From an uncultured delta proteobacterium (GTDB lineage: Bacteria > Desulfobacterota > Desulfobacteria > Desulfobacterales > Desulfosalsimonadaceae), in the NCBI GenBank assembly GCA_963826785.1, contig CAWGYD010000006.1, forward strand, positions 480,001 through 544,000: 64,000 nucleotides of DNA. Reading direction: 5' to 3'. Under the pieces are notes generated by a model, which worked only from the letters and a program-made list of their open reading frames with translations, searched no databases and was not told where the DNA came from. This document shows positions 53,016 to 63,913 of this stretch, piece by piece. Positions within the stretch are counted from its first letter, which is position 1. Each line of letters begins with the position of its first letter. Position numbers and translations under genes: made by a program.

Positions 53016-54920
53016 ATGAATATAATGAATACCTATCCAACAACATATGACATCATCGTGGTGGGCGCCGGCCATGCCGGATGCGAGGCGGCGCTGGCTT
53101 CCGCGCGCATGGGATGCCGGGTGCTGATGCTGGCCATCGACCTGGACAAGGTCGCCGCCATGCCGTGCAGCCCCTCCATCGGCGGAATGGCCAAGGGGCA
53201 GCTGGTCAAGGAAATCGATGCCCTGGGGGGAGAGATGGCCAAGGTCGGCGACCGGACCGCCATCCATTACCGGAAGCTCAACACCAGAAAAGGCCCGGCA
53301 GTGCAATCGTCGCGAACCCAGAACGACAAGGCCCGGTATCACATGGCCATGAAGGCGGTGGTGGAAGCAACCCCGGGGCTGGACGTGAAGCAGGCCCTGG
53401 TGGAGACGCTGGTGATCGAAGGCAATTGCATCCGGGGGGTTGTCGACCAGACCGGATACGGGTTTGAGGCATCTGCCGTAATCCTGGCCACGGGCACCTT
53501 CCTGAGCGGGCTGATCCACATCGGGGATCGGTCGTTTCAGGCCGGGCGGGCGGGAGAGTTTGCCTCCTATGCGCTTGCCGGACAAATAAAGCAGCTGGGA
53601 ATTGCCATGGGCCGCATGAAAACCGGCACTCCGCCCCGCATCCACCGGGCCAGCATCGATTTTAGCCGGCTGGAGCGGCACGACGGAGATACACCGGTCC
53701 CCCTGTCCTGTTTCACCGATAAATTTTTTCTGCCCCAGCTTCCCAGCTACATGGGAAGGGCGAATCAGAAGACCATTGCCATCGTGCAGAAAAATCTCGA
53801 CCACTCGGCCCTTTACGGGGGCCGGATCAGCGGTATTTCCGCCCGTTACTGCCCCTCTTTCGAGGATAAAGTAGTCAAGTTTCCGGAACGGGACGGTCAC
53901 CAGGTGATTTTCGAGCCCGAGGGGATCGACACGGAAGAGATATACGCCAGCGGTCTGGGCAACAGCATGCCCGTGGAGATCCAGCTGGAGATGGTCCGCT
54001 CCATCGAGGGGCTGGAATCGGCAGAAATCATCCGGCCGGCCTATGCCATCGAATATGATTACGTCAATCCGCTCCAGCTCCTGCCCACCCTGGAAACCAA
54101 GAAAATAAGGGGCCTGTATCTGGCGGGCCAGATCAACGGCACCTCCGGATATGAAGAGGCCGCCGCCCAGGGATTGTGGGCGGGGATCAACGCGGCCAGC
54201 AGGATCCAGGGCCGCCCGGCCTTTATACTGGACCGGTCCCAGGCCTACATGGGGGTGATGATCGATGACCTGGTCACCCGGGGGACCAAGGAACCCTACC
54301 GGATGTTTACTTCCCGGGCCGAATACCGCCTGATGCTTCGGGAGGACAATGCGGATCTTCGGCTGATGGAGATGGGCCACGAACTGGGTTTGATCGGGTT
54401 GGAAACGATTCAGGGTCTGCGGGAACGAAAGAAGCAGATCGCAGATGAAATCGACCGGGTCCGCCGGACGGTTATCAAGCCCGCGCCGGCGGTCAACGCG
54501 TATCTGCGGTCCTGCGGTTCGCCCGAAATCGATAACGGCACCCATCTGGAGCAGCTGCTCAAGCGAAGCGAATTGAACTATGATGCGGTCATGGCCCTTG
54601 CGCCGCCTGATTTGCCTCCTTTGCCCCGGGTTTCCCAGCAGGTGGAGATCGAATTCAAGTACGAGGGCTACATCCGCATACAAAAACGGGCCATCGACCA
54701 GTTCAGGGAACTCGAGTATGTCAAAATTCCGGCGGATTTCGCGTATGACACTGTCCACGGGCTCTCCAATGAACTCCGGGAAAAACTTTCCGCCACCAGA
54801 CCGGTCTCTCTGGGGCAGGCCTCCCGCATCGAGGGGATCACGCCGGCGGCCCTGTCCGTGCTCATGGTGGCCTTAAAATCCCGCAGGCAGACCGGCGGGC
54901 AGTCCTTGACATCATCGTGA
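53016..54920 (+). CDS. mnmG: tRNA U34 modification enzyme MnmG (GidA)
   Basis: [58 protein letters not shown]. Confidence 0.97.
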   Translation: MNIMNTYPTTYDIIVVGAGHAGCEAALASARMGCRVLMLAIDLDKVAAMPCSPSIGGMAKGQLVKEIDALGGEMAKVGDRTAIHYRKLNTRKGPAVQSSRTQNDKARYHMAMKAVVEATPGLDVKQALVETLVIEGNCIRGVVDQTGYGFEASAVILATGTFLSGLIHIGDRSFQAGRAGEFASYALAGQIKQLGIAMGRMKTGTPPRIHRASIDFSRLERHDGDTPVPLSCFTDKFFLPQLPSYMGRANQKTIAIVQKNLDHSALYGGRISGISARYCPSFEDKVVKFPERDGHQVIFEPEGIDTEEIYASGLGNSMPVEIQLEMVRSIEGLESAEIIRPAYAIEYDYVNPLQLLPTLETKKIRGLYLAGQINGTSGYEEAAAQGLWAGINAASRIQGRPAFILDRSQAYMGVMIDDLVTRGTKEPYRMFTSRAEYRLMLREDNADLRLMEMGHELGLIGLETIQGLRERKKQIADEIDRVRRTVIKPAPAVNAYLRSCGSPEIDNGTHLEQLLKRSELNYDAVMALAPPDLPPLPRVSQQVEIEFKYEGYIRIQKRAIDQFRELEYVKIPADFAYDTVHGLSNELREKLSATRPVSLGQASRIEGITPAALSVLMVALKSRRQTGGQSLTSS

Positions 54921-54998
54921 GAATTCTTATTGTATGGCTTATATAACTCATTGTTTTTGTAATTATTAGTATCAATTGGAGACGGAGAAACCAGGCAT

Positions 54999-55961
54999 AT
55001 GGCCCAAACGGATTATTACCAGATACTCGGCATCAGTAAGAATGCATCCGATGCGGATATCAAGAAAGCCTACCGCAAACTGGCCATGAAACATCACCCG
55101 GATCATGCAAAGGGGAACAAGGCCAGCGAGGAAAAATTCAAGCAGATCAGTGAAGCCTACGCCGTGCTGAGCGACCCGGAGAAGCGGAAGCAGTATGATA
55201 CCTACGGGTCGGAGGATTTCCAGCAGCGCTTCAGCCAGGAGGACATCTTCAGGGGGTCCAACGTCGAGGACATTCTCCGGGAGTTCGGTTTCGGGGGCGG
55301 GGGCGGGTCGTTTTTCACCAGCTTCGGGCGGGGCAAGCGGGCTGCGGGCACTCGTTCGAACCGGTTCTCCTTTGACCCGGGTTCGGTGTTCGGTTTCGGG
55401 GGCGGGGGCGGCGGTCAGCAGCAGGCCGCCCAGATGAAGGGATCGGACATGGAATACGAAATGCCGTTGCGGCTTCAGGAAATCGCTTCGGGCACCACAA
55501 AGAGCGTCACCCTGCAGATGCCCACCGGGGAAACTGAGACGCTGACGGTTAAAATTCCCAAGGGGATGGTGACCGGAAAAAAACTGCGCATATCCGGCAA
55601 GGGCCAGCCCAGCCCCTATGGCGGGCCTCCCGGGGACCTGTTCATCAAGGCGAAGGTGATGGAAGATCCTGTATTCAAGCAGGAAGACCATGATCTGACC
55701 ATCACCAAGAAAATCAAGCTGACCGACGCACTGCTCGGCACCACGGTCACCGTTCCCACCCTGGACGGCAAGGATCTCAGCCTGAAAATTCCGCCCGGAA
55801 CCCGGCACAAGAACCGTCTGCGCCTGGCCGGGCACGGCATCCCCCACATGAAAGGAAGCGGTTCCGGGAACCTGTTCGTGGAAGTCCATGTGACCATGCC
55901 CAAACATCTGGATGATCAGCAGCGGTCGCTGGTGGAAAAGCTGCAGGAGTCCGGTCTGTAA
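54999..55961 (+). CDS. Class B J-domain co-chaperone (CbpA-like; no Zn finger)
   Basis: J domain with HPD; G/F-rich linker; DnaJ C-terminal domain. Confidence 0.9.
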   Translation: MAQTDYYQILGISKNASDADIKKAYRKLAMKHHPDHAKGNKASEEKFKQISEAYAVLSDPEKRKQYDTYGSEDFQQRFSQEDIFRGSNVEDILREFGFGGGGGSFFTSFGRGKRAAGTRSNRFSFDPGSVFGFGGGGGGQQQAAQMKGSDMEYEMPLRLQEIASGTTKSVTLQMPTGETETLTVKIPKGMVTGKKLRISGKGQPSPYGGPPGDLFIKAKVMEDPVFKQEDHDLTITKKIKLTDALLGTTVTVPTLDGKDLSLKIPPGTRHKNRLRLAGHGIPHMKGSGSGNLFVEVHVTMPKHLDDQQRSLVEKLQESGL

Positions 55962-55988
55962 TTCATAATCGTCATCATTGGATATGAG

Positions 55989-56018
55989 AAGCGGGGTTTA
56001 ATTCCCCGCTTTTTTTTT
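55989..56018 (+). terminator. Rho-independent terminator
   Basis: aagcgggg-tttaatt-ccccgctt plus T-tract. Confidence 0.8.
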
Positions 56019-56077
56019 GCCATCTGGACTCCCGTTCGCCGGGCGTCGATCCTGTTCGGAAGAATGCGGCAAATTTA

Positions 56078-56106
56078 TTGACAAAAGTAGTGCCGCCCTG
56101 TATGGT
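56078..56106 (+). promoter_or_regulatory. sigma70 promoter upstream of hpt
   Basis: TTGACA-17nt-TATGGT. Confidence 0.6.
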
Positions 56107-56340
56107 GACACCGAAAAGCAATATTATTCTTGATTTTCAATGCCCTTTTCGTCTTAATCATATCAGGGGCAGATATCTGAAACAGGGTTCGCGCCATACC
56201 GGCATTATTCATGGTGCGAAGAGGGATGGGGAAATCGGCTCACCGGTTGAACATCGCCGGTCGGCTTCAGGATCAATGTCTGCGCGTTCGGTGCAGAGCT
56301 GTTGCCCATCGACTGATTCGTATAGAACGGTTTTCGATTT

Positions 56341-56859
56341 ATGCCGGAACTGGTTCCCTTGCTGACAGAAAATGAAATCAAAGAAAAAGTAGCATTGCTT
56401 TCCCGTCAGATTTCCGTCGATTATCAACAGAGAAACCTCGTCATTATCGGTGTGTTAAAGGGTGCCTTCATATTCATGGGGGATCTCGTTCGGCGGATGA
56501 CCATCCCTGTTGAAATCGACTTCATCCAGCTTTCCAGCTACGGCAAAGGCGACACCTCCAGCGGCACCGTCACACTCCGGTCCGATATCTCCTGCGATAT
56601 CCGGGATAAAGATATCTTGATTGTTGAAGATATCGTTGATACAGGATTGACAGTAAACCAGCTGATCAATCACCTGAAGACGTATGGTCCCCGGAGCGTC
56701 AGGGTATGCACGTTCATCGACAAGCGCGAACGTCGGAAGACCGAGTGTCCCGTCGACTATATCGGGCATTCGGTCGACTGCGGTTTTTTGGTGGGCTATG
56801 GACTTGATTATGCCGAACAGTACAGGAATTTGCCGGCTATTTATCATCTAAATTTATAA
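56341..56859 (+). CDS. hpt: Hypoxanthine phosphoribosyltransferase
   Basis: GVLKGAFIFMGDL, LSSY, LIVEDIVDTGLT, FLVGYGLDYAEQYRNLP. Confidence 0.95.
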   Translation: MPELVPLLTENEIKEKVALLSRQISVDYQQRNLVIIGVLKGAFIFMGDLVRRMTIPVEIDFIQLSSYGKGDTSSGTVTLRSDISCDIRDKDILIVEDIVDTGLTVNQLINHLKTYGPRSVRVCTFIDKRERRKTECPVDYIGHSVDCGFLVGYGLDYAEQYRNLPAIYHLNL

Positions 56860-56875
56860 TTAGCGAGGAAAGAAC

Positions 56876-59731
56876 ATGATTATCACCTGTGAAGCGTGCG
56901 GCACCAGTTTCAAAATAAAATCCAGCCTGATCAAGGATTCCGGGTCCACGGTCAGGTGTTCCAAGTGCCAGCATCTGTTCATCGCCTATCCGCCTGCTAT
57001 GGGCGGCAGCGATACGGACGTGTTTTCGCCAGATGATATCATGGAATCCTCCATTGAAAGCGCCCTCGACAAGGAATTTGCAGAAGAATTTGAATCGGAG
57101 CTGTTTGCCGATGAAGAGGCCACCACGGAACCGGAGCCGCTGGGGGCCACGGTCAGCGACCTGGAAGCCGAAATCGATGCCGATGTCTCGGAACTGTCCC
57201 AGGACATCTCCGGTGAGCTCTTTGATGAAACCCGGTCCCTGTTTGATGAACTGGCCGAAACAGCGGAAAGGGAACCCGAAATTATCATGTCGGATTTGGA
57301 AATTGATGATGACGGCATCATCAATCTGGCCACACTGGAAGAAACATCGAGTCCGGATTTCAGCACCATCAGCTTGAACAGCCTGGAAGATGAAGCCGAC
57401 GACGATGGAGAGGAAATAGATCTGGCGGACCTGGTGGATGAATCGCAGCTCTCCCATAAGACCGTGCCTTTTGATGAACTGGAAGAATATGATGAAGATT
57501 CGGTGGACGAGGAGACGGAAGAATTTGAATTTGAAGACCTGGAAGCGGAACAGGAACTTCAATTCGAAGATACGGTCGAAGACGAATCCGATGTGATCAT
57601 GTTAGATGACGACCTGGATACGCAAACCGATGAAGAGGCGGAGGAATTGGAAGAAGTTGCCGAAACCGGCGCAAAAGATGATTTCGATGGAACACAATGG
57701 GCATCCGCACCCGAAGAGGAAGTCAAATTTGAAACGGAAGGAGGTGTTGATACCGATTTGGAGGATTTTGAATTCGAAAATGAACCCGAAGACGAAAAAT
57801 CCTCTGAAGAGACTGCTGAAACTGCAGGTGGAAACAAAAAAGATGTTGAAGAACCCGGGTTTGAAGAAGAAGCCCTTTCTTTTGATGATGATGCGTTTGA
57901 ACTGGACCTCATCGAGGCAACTGAAGAAGCCACAGCTGAAGTTGAAGCAGTCGAAGACGAGGATTTGGATTTTGAAAAGGAACTGGATACACTGCTTGAT
58001 TTAGATGAAGAAATAACCACGGAAGCCTTGTCTGACGGGGAGGAAGATCTGGATTTCGATCTGGACGCCGAAACCGAAACGGTTCCCGTGGAAGAGATCA
58101 TGGAAGAAGAACCGGAAGAAGCCGAATTGGACCTGGACTTGGATCTTGACCTGGACGGATTCGAAGATTTCGATTTAACTGAAGAAGCCACCGCCGAAGC
58201 CACTGCGGAATTGGCCGATGATCATTCAGTTGACGAGGAATTCGATCTTGACCTGGATCTGGATTCCGAGGAAGAGGCGGTCACTCTGGATTCAGACGAT
58301 GATTTCGAACTCGATTTCGACCTTGAAGCGGAAGAAGCCACAGCCGCATCGGTCGAAAAAGAGGCCACCGAGGACTTTGAACTCGATTTCGATCTGGAAG
58401 GCGAAGATCTGACCCTTGCGGAAAATGAAGTCAGCGAAGAACTTGAACTCGATCTCGACATGGCGTCCGATGAAGAAGCGGTGACCATGGATTCGAGCGA
58501 TGATTTTGAGCTCGACTTCGACCTTGAAGCGGAAGAAGACACCGGAGCAGCGGCTGAAAAAGAGGCGACCGAAGATTTTGAGCTCGATTTTGATTTGGAA
58601 GCTGATGGTGAGACCGTATCCGGATCGGAAGCCACCGAGGATTTTGAACTCGATCTGGATATCGAGCCTGAGGAAGAAGAAGTCGAAACAGCAGACTTTG
58701 AGCTGGATCTGGAAGAAGTAAGCGGGGAAGAAGCCACGGTTGAGGAGGCGGAAGCCGAGGGCGATTTCGAGATGGAAATGGAATCCGGGGCGGCAGCGGC
58801 CAAAACCAGCACGGAAGAAGTCGATCTCTCCGATATCGAGGGCTTTCTGGATCTCGAAGACGTTTCTGAAGCGGAAAAAACGGCCGGGGCTTCGGCTTAT
58901 TCCGGAGAAGAACTGGTCGATTTTACCGTCGAGCCCGAATATGCGAGTTCTGCAAGTGAAGGCGACGAACTCGATATTGACCTTGAAACCATGCTCGATG
59001 AAGAAGAAGAAGCCGAATTCGCCGAAGAAAAGGAAGTCGCTTTAGAAACCTTCGACGAACGGGACAGACGCCTGGAGGAGCAATACCGCCATGAAGAGGC
59101 GGCTGCCCGCCAGCAGGCGATGGCGCCCGAACCCGAAGAAGCGTTCATGGAAGCGGCGGAAGCCGAAGCGGCCATGCCGGCAGCGGCCCCAGCCACCCGC
59201 GAGGCGGTACCGGCCCGGACAAGAAAAGAGCGCCGGCTCAAACCCGTCCTGATCGGACTGCTGGTCCTGGCAATTCTGGCGGCGCTGATCTATGGCGGAT
59301 ACAAATTTTTCAGCGGAAAAGGAGCGGACGTAACCAGCGATGCCGGCAATCTGCGCATCGAAATGGTTGCCAATCCGGCATATGCCTTCGTTGAAAATGA
59401 CGCCGCCGGCGAACTGCTGGTGGTGACCGGAACTGTAACCAACAGATATGACCAACCCCGCAACAGCATTCAGGTGAAGGGTACCCTGTATGATGGCGCG
59501 GGGAAGGTCATCCGGACCGCTACGGCGTACGCGGGAAACATGCTGACGGATTCTGAATTGAAAACCACGGATATGGCAAACATCAAGGCCAGACTGGCCA
59601 ACCGTGAAGGGGACGGGCAGAAGAATGCCGGAGTCAAACCCGGAGAGCAGGTCCCCTTCACGGTGGTGTTTGATAAACTGCCCGCCGCTGCTGAAGAATT
59701 CACGGTGGAAGTGACCCAATCCGCCAAATAA
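56876..59731 (+). CDS. MJ0042-type zinc-ribbon, long acidic linker, TM helix and DUF3426-like periplasmic domain
   Basis: MIITCEACGTSF..VRCSKCQHLF; ~700 aa D/E-rich; TM LIGLLVLAILAALIYGGY; C-terminal LLVVTGTVTN..PGEQVPFTVVF. Confidence 0.8.
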   Translation: MIITCEACGTSFKIKSSLIKDSGSTVRCSKCQHLFIAYPPAMGGSDTDVFSPDDIMESSIESALDKEFAEEFESELFADEEATTEPEPLGATVSDLEAEIDADVSELSQDISGELFDETRSLFDELAETAEREPEIIMSDLEIDDDGIINLATLEETSSPDFSTISLNSLEDEADDDGEEIDLADLVDESQLSHKTVPFDELEEYDEDSVDEETEEFEFEDLEAEQELQFEDTVEDESDVIMLDDDLDTQTDEEAEELEEVAETGAKDDFDGTQWASAPEEEVKFETEGGVDTDLEDFEFENEPEDEKSSEETAETAGGNKKDVEEPGFEEEALSFDDDAFELDLIEATEEATAEVEAVEDEDLDFEKELDTLLDLDEEITTEALSDGEEDLDFDLDAETETVPVEEIMEEEPEEAELDLDLDLDLDGFEDFDLTEEATAEATAELADDHSVDEEFDLDLDLDSEEEAVTLDSDDDFELDFDLEAEEATAASVEKEATEDFELDFDLEGEDLTLAENEVSEELELDLDMASDEEAVTMDSSDDFELDFDLEAEEDTGAAAEKEATEDFELDFDLEADGETVSGSEATEDFELDLDIEPEEEEVETADFELDLEEVSGEEATVEEAEAEGDFEMEMESGAAAAKTSTEEVDLSDIEGFLDLEDVSEAEKTAGASAYSGEELVDFTVEPEYASSASEGDELDIDLETMLDEEEEAEFAEEKEVALETFDERDRRLEEQYRHEEAAARQQAMAPEPEEAFMEAAEAEAAMPAAAPATREAVPARTRKERRLKPVLIGLLVLAILAALIYGGYKFFSGKGADVTSDAGNLRIEMVANPAYAFVENDAAGELLVVTGTVTNRYDQPRNSIQVKGTLYDGAGKVIRTATAYAGNMLTDSELKTTDMANIKARLANREGDGQKNAGVKPGEQVPFTVVFDKLPAAAEEFTVEVTQSAK
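58271..58600 (+). repeat. Intragenic duplication with 201-nt (67-aa) period in the acidic linker
   Basis: EEAVTLDSDDDFELDFDLEAEE..EKEATEDFELDFDLE starts at 58271; EEAVTMDSSDDFELDFDLEAEE..EKEATEDFELDFDLE starts at 58472. Confidence 0.8.
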
Positions 59732-59932
59732 AAACGGATTTTTTGGCTTGACTTTAAGCCATTCCTGCTGGTAAAGAGCTTTTTCTTACATACGGAATCG
59801 GAGTTGAATATTTCGTAAAACGCCCTATGTTTTTTAAAATGGAGAGGCAAGGGCTTGCCCCCCTTCCGGAGGCGTTTTATTGCAGTGAATAAAGCGATCT
59901 GCATGTCGGGCTTTTTGCGAAGTTTTCAACAT

Positions 59933-60009
59933 GGCGATGTAGCTCAGTTGGTTAGAGCATGCGGCTCATATCCGCAGTGTCCGGGGTTCAAGTCCCTGCA
60001 TCGCCACCA
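59933..60009 (+). tRNA. tRNA-Met(CAT), elongator type
   Basis: GGCGATG/CATCGCC acceptor (G1-C72 paired, so not initiator); CT-CAT-AT; ends ACCA. Confidence 0.9.
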
Positions 60010-60021
60010 GATCATGAGACA

Positions 60022-60060
60022 AAGCCTCTCTGGATGACTTCAGAGAGGCTTGTTTGTTTT
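60022..60060 (+). terminator. Terminator after tRNA-Met
   Basis: aagcctctctg/cagagaggctt plus T-rich tail. Confidence 0.7.
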
Positions 60061-60095
60061 AAGGGAAAGGAAAACGTGAAAGACAGAGCGGCATA

Positions 60096-60476
60096 ATGTT
60101 AACCGGTTTTGAAAAACTCGTGGAAGAGCGGATACAGCAGTCCATGCGAAACGGCGATTTCAGGAATCTGGAAGGGGCCGGAAAACCGCTGAAAGACGAT
60201 GACTTCTCCCGGGTGCCAGAGGAGCTTCGGCTGGCCTATAAGATCTTGAAGAACGCGGATTGCCTCCCCCCGGAAATTGAGCTTAAAAAAGAGATCCTGC
60301 AGACGGAGACGCTTCTGGAAGGGATAAAAGATGAGCAGGGACGCTATAAAGTGATCAAGAAACTCAATTTTCTGATCATGAAATTAAATGCCACCCGGAG
60401 GGGTTCTATTAAATTGGATATGCCGCAGCGCTATGAAATGAAGCTGGTGGACAAAATGGCCGCCGGCAAATCATGA
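60096..60476 (+). CDS. DUF1992-family protein
   Basis: VEERIQQSMRNGDFRNLEGAGKPL..LAYKILKNADCLPPEI. Confidence 0.85.
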   Translation: MLTGFEKLVEERIQQSMRNGDFRNLEGAGKPLKDDDFSRVPEELRLAYKILKNADCLPPEIELKKEILQTETLLEGIKDEQGRYKVIKKLNFLIMKLNATRRGSIKLDMPQRYEMKLVDKMAAGKS

Positions 60477-60537
60477 CCGCTGCGAACGGCAGATGATTTA
60501 ACTGCCCAATCGTAATTTAAATGTGTAGAGTCGGATT

Positions 60538-61008
60538 ATGATTCATTCGGAAAATAATCTCATCAAAAGCCTTCTGGTGGGATCCGCTATCCTGATTTTC
60601 CATGTTCTTCTCCTGTCGGGGATCGGGATTCTGGTCATATTCTTGAGCGGTCTCATCAACTATCTGATATGGATTCTTCTGGGCGGCCTGGGGCTGATCG
60701 GCGGCCTGACTTACCTGGGCATCCGCTATATGCGGAAGCAGGGCGGAATCGCCCTGCACCGGATCCTTTCCCTTCCCGAATTCAGGGGAAAGAATGTGGA
60801 GGTCAACTTCCTGGGGGGACTGGCATCCCTTAAGATCGGCAATGATCAGTCGATGCGGCCGGAAATCGATGCCTTCTCCGCTGAGCGCCGGCTGGAAGAC
60901 CCGGAGACCGCCAGATTGCGGGAACTGACCGCGCTGGCCCATCTGCTGGAAAAGGACCTGATCTCCGGGGAGGAATATGATCGGGCCAAAAAGGCGCTGT
61001 CCGGCTGA
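60538..61008 (+). CDS. Two-TM membrane protein with C-terminal SHOCT-like motif
   Basis: Two hydrophobic helices; LRELTALAHLLEKDLISGEEYDRAKKAL. Confidence 0.75.
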   Translation: MIHSENNLIKSLLVGSAILIFHVLLLSGIGILVIFLSGLINYLIWILLGGLGLIGGLTYLGIRYMRKQGGIALHRILSLPEFRGKNVEVNFLGGLASLKIGNDQSMRPEIDAFSAERRLEDPETARLRELTALAHLLEKDLISGEEYDRAKKALSG

Positions 61009-61138
61009 TTTTTCAGACCCGTTCCCATCGGATAGTTCTGTTTTTACCTGAGTGCTCCAAATGGCATGGGCGCATTCTGCAGGGAGTTTTTTCAAAGGAT
61101 CTCCATGCATCATATCTACCTATAATAGCTTGCATTAC

Positions 61139-62104
61139 ATGAAAAAAAAACAAATTACGGTGGCCTTGCTGTCCGGGGGAACCTCCTCCGAACGTGAAAT
61201 TTCCATCAGGAGTGGGGAGGAGGTGTACCAGGCCCTGAACCGGGATCGGTATGCGGTTTTGAGGTACGACCCGAAAACCGATATTGCCCGCCTGGTGCAG
61301 GATGCCCCCGCCATCGACATTGCCCTGGTCATTCTTCACGGCATGCCCGGGGAGGACGGCACCATCCAGGGGCTGCTGGATCTGCTGGGCATCCCGTACC
61401 AGTGTTCCGGGACATTGGGTAGTTCCGTGGCCATGAACAAGCTGGCCTCCAAGCATCTTTATGAGAAGGCGGGCATCCGGACGCCCGCCTACGCGCACAT
61501 CCGCAGAGGAGAGGATTTCGATGCGGACGCCTGCATCGACCGGCTGGGGCTGCCCCTGGTGATCAAGCCGGCCAGCGGCGGATCCAGCATCGGCATGACC
61601 ATCGCCAAAAGCGCCGGCGAGTTAATGGACGCTTTTGCCGCCGCCTTTGCCTATGACCGATCCATTCTGGCGGAAGAATACATCAAGGGAACGGAGATCA
61701 CCTGCGGGGTGATCGGCAACCGGGCGCTTCAACCCCTGCCGGTGGTGGAGATCGTCCCCAGGCAGAATCATGAGTTTTTCGATTTCAAGGCCAAGTACAG
61801 CGGCGAAACCGATGAAATCTGCCCCGCCCGCATCAGTCCCGAATTGACCGGCAGGGCCGGCGAGCTGGCCGTGGCGGCCCACCGGGCCCTGTTCTGCGAA
61901 GGGTACAGCCGCACCGACATGATCATCCGGGACGGCGACCTCTATGTGCTGGAGACCAACACCATTCCCGGCATGACCCGTCAAAGTCTGCTCCCCCTGT
62001 CGGCAAAACAGGCGGGGATGAGTTTTTCCGAACTCCTGGACCGCCTGATCGACCTGGGCCTGGAGCGCCACCAGCAGCCCGGAAAAACCAGGGCAAAGCA
62101 ATGA
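61139..62104 (+). CDS. ddl: D-alanine--D-alanine ligase
   Basis: GGTSSEREIS, LHGMPGEDGTIQG, KPASGGSSIG, LETNTIPGMT. Confidence 0.95.
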   Translation: MKKKQITVALLSGGTSSEREISIRSGEEVYQALNRDRYAVLRYDPKTDIARLVQDAPAIDIALVILHGMPGEDGTIQGLLDLLGIPYQCSGTLGSSVAMNKLASKHLYEKAGIRTPAYAHIRRGEDFDADACIDRLGLPLVIKPASGGSSIGMTIAKSAGELMDAFAAAFAYDRSILAEEYIKGTEITCGVIGNRALQPLPVVEIVPRQNHEFFDFKAKYSGETDEICPARISPELTGRAGELAVAAHRALFCEGYSRTDMIIRDGDLYVLETNTIPGMTRQSLLPLSAKQAGMSFSELLDRLIDLGLERHQQPGKTRAKQ

Positions 62105-62147
62105 AACCGTCATTTATAAACTGATCGACAAATAGAAGAGGGGACCC

Positions 62148-63913
62148 ATGAAAATCCTGATCATCGGAGGCGGCGGAAGAGAGCATGCCCTGGCCTGGAA
62201 AATTTCCCAGAGCAAACAAGTGGACAAGCTCTTCTGCGCGCCCGGCAACGCGGGAATCGAAAACGTTGCCGAATGTGTCCCCATCGACGCGGACGATATC
62301 GGCGCCCTGCTGAAATTTGCCCGTGAAAAATCCATCGACCTCACCGTGGTGGGGCCCGAGGGGCCCCTGTCCGAGGGGATTGTGGATCGGTTTGAAAAAA
62401 AGGGCCTGGCCGTTTTCGGCCCGTCAAAAAAGGCCGCCCAGATCGAGGCCAGCAAATCCTTTGCCAAGCGGCTGATGACCAAGTACGGCATTCCCACCGC
62501 CAAGGCCCGCGCCTTCACCGATTTTGCCAAAGCCCGCGCCCATGTTGAAAAAGCCGACCTCCCCCTCGTGGTCAAGGCCGACGGCCTGGCGGCGGGCAAG
62601 GGCGTGCTGATCTGCAAAACCCGGGAGGATGCCGTCGATGCCGTCACGCTCATCCTGCAGGACAAGGGATTCGGGGCCGCCGGCAGCCGGGTGCTCATCG
62701 AGGAATTCCTCACCGGCGAGGAAGCCTCCTTCATCGCCTTTACGGACGGCACTACCGTCCTGCCCCTTCCCGCCTCCCAGGACCACAAGACCATCTACGA
62801 AAATGACGAGGGGCCCAACACCGGCGGCATGGGGGCCTATTCGCCGGCCCCGGTGGTGGATCAATCCCTGAGCGACAAGATCATGGACACGGTGATGATC
62901 CCCGCCGTCAAAGCCATGGCCGCCGAAGGGCGGCCCTACAAGGGCGTGCTCTATGCCGGACTGATGATCGGCTCCGATCAGATCAACGTGGTGGAGTTCA
63001 ACTGCCGGTTCGGCGACCCCGAAACCCAGCCCCTGCTGATGCGTTTAGAATCCGACCTGGTGGAAGTGATGACGGCCGTGGTGGAAGGGCGCCTGAAGGA
63101 TATCTCCCTTCAAATCGATCCGCGTCCGGCCATCTGCGTGGTCATGGCCTCGGCGGGGTATCCGGGATCCTATAAAAAAGGGATGCCGATCGCCGGCCTG
63201 GAAAATGCCGCCAAACTGGAAGATGTGCAGGTATTTCATGCCGGCACGGCGCAAAAGCGGGGAAGGTCACCGCCGCCGGCGGCCGGGTTCTGGGGGTCAC
63301 GGCCCTGGGCGATACCATTGCGTTGGCCATCTCCCGGGCGTATCTGGCCGTATCGCAAATTTCCTTGGACGGCGCCTGTTTCCGAAAGGATATCGGCAAA
63401 AAAGCAATGGACCGGATCAAGGCGCCGCCCCGGGTGCTCATCATCATGGGCAGCGATTCCGATCTGCCGGTCATGGGCCAGGCCGCCGACATGTTAAAGA
63501 AATTTGACATCCCCTATGAGATCACGGTGGCATCGGCCCACCGGACTCCGGCGCGCGCCATGGAACTGGCCTCTTCCGCACAGGCGAAGGGCATCCAGGT
63601 GATCATTGCCGGGGCCGGGCACGCCGCCCACCTGGCCGGGGTGCTGGCCGCCCACACCACCCTGCCGGTGATCGGGGTGCCCATCGATTCTTCGGCCTTA
63701 AACGGGATGGATGCCCTGCTGTCCACCGTCCAGATGCCGCCCGGGGTGCCGGTGGCCACCATGGCCATTGGAAAATCCGGGGCGAAAAACGCGGGCATTT
63801 TTGCCGCCCAGATTCTGGCCGCGGCCAGTGCCGACCTCCGGATCCGGCTGGAAGCGTTCAAGAAAGAGATGGCGGACCAGGTTGAGCAGAAAGCCCGGAA
63901 ATTATCCCAATAA
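62148..63913 (+). CDS. purD: PurD-PurE fusion (GAR synthetase + AIR carboxylase/mutase); one A missing in run ~63253-63256
   Basis: GGGGREHAL, KADGLAAGKGV, GPNTGGMGAYSP, FHAGT; PurD end (FRKDIG) runs without a stop into PurE IMGSDSD..SAHRTP..VQMPPGVPVAT. Confidence 0.88.

Noticed and set aside
52857..54758. 633-aa antisense ORF (also 43006-44559, 36245-37429 and others)
   Set aside because: Shadow ORFs opposite well-supported GC-rich genes; no recognisable motifs.
57900..58750. CRISPR-like periodic repeats
   Set aside because: Degenerate codon-level repeats inside a CDS; no identical repeats with unique spacers and no cas genes.
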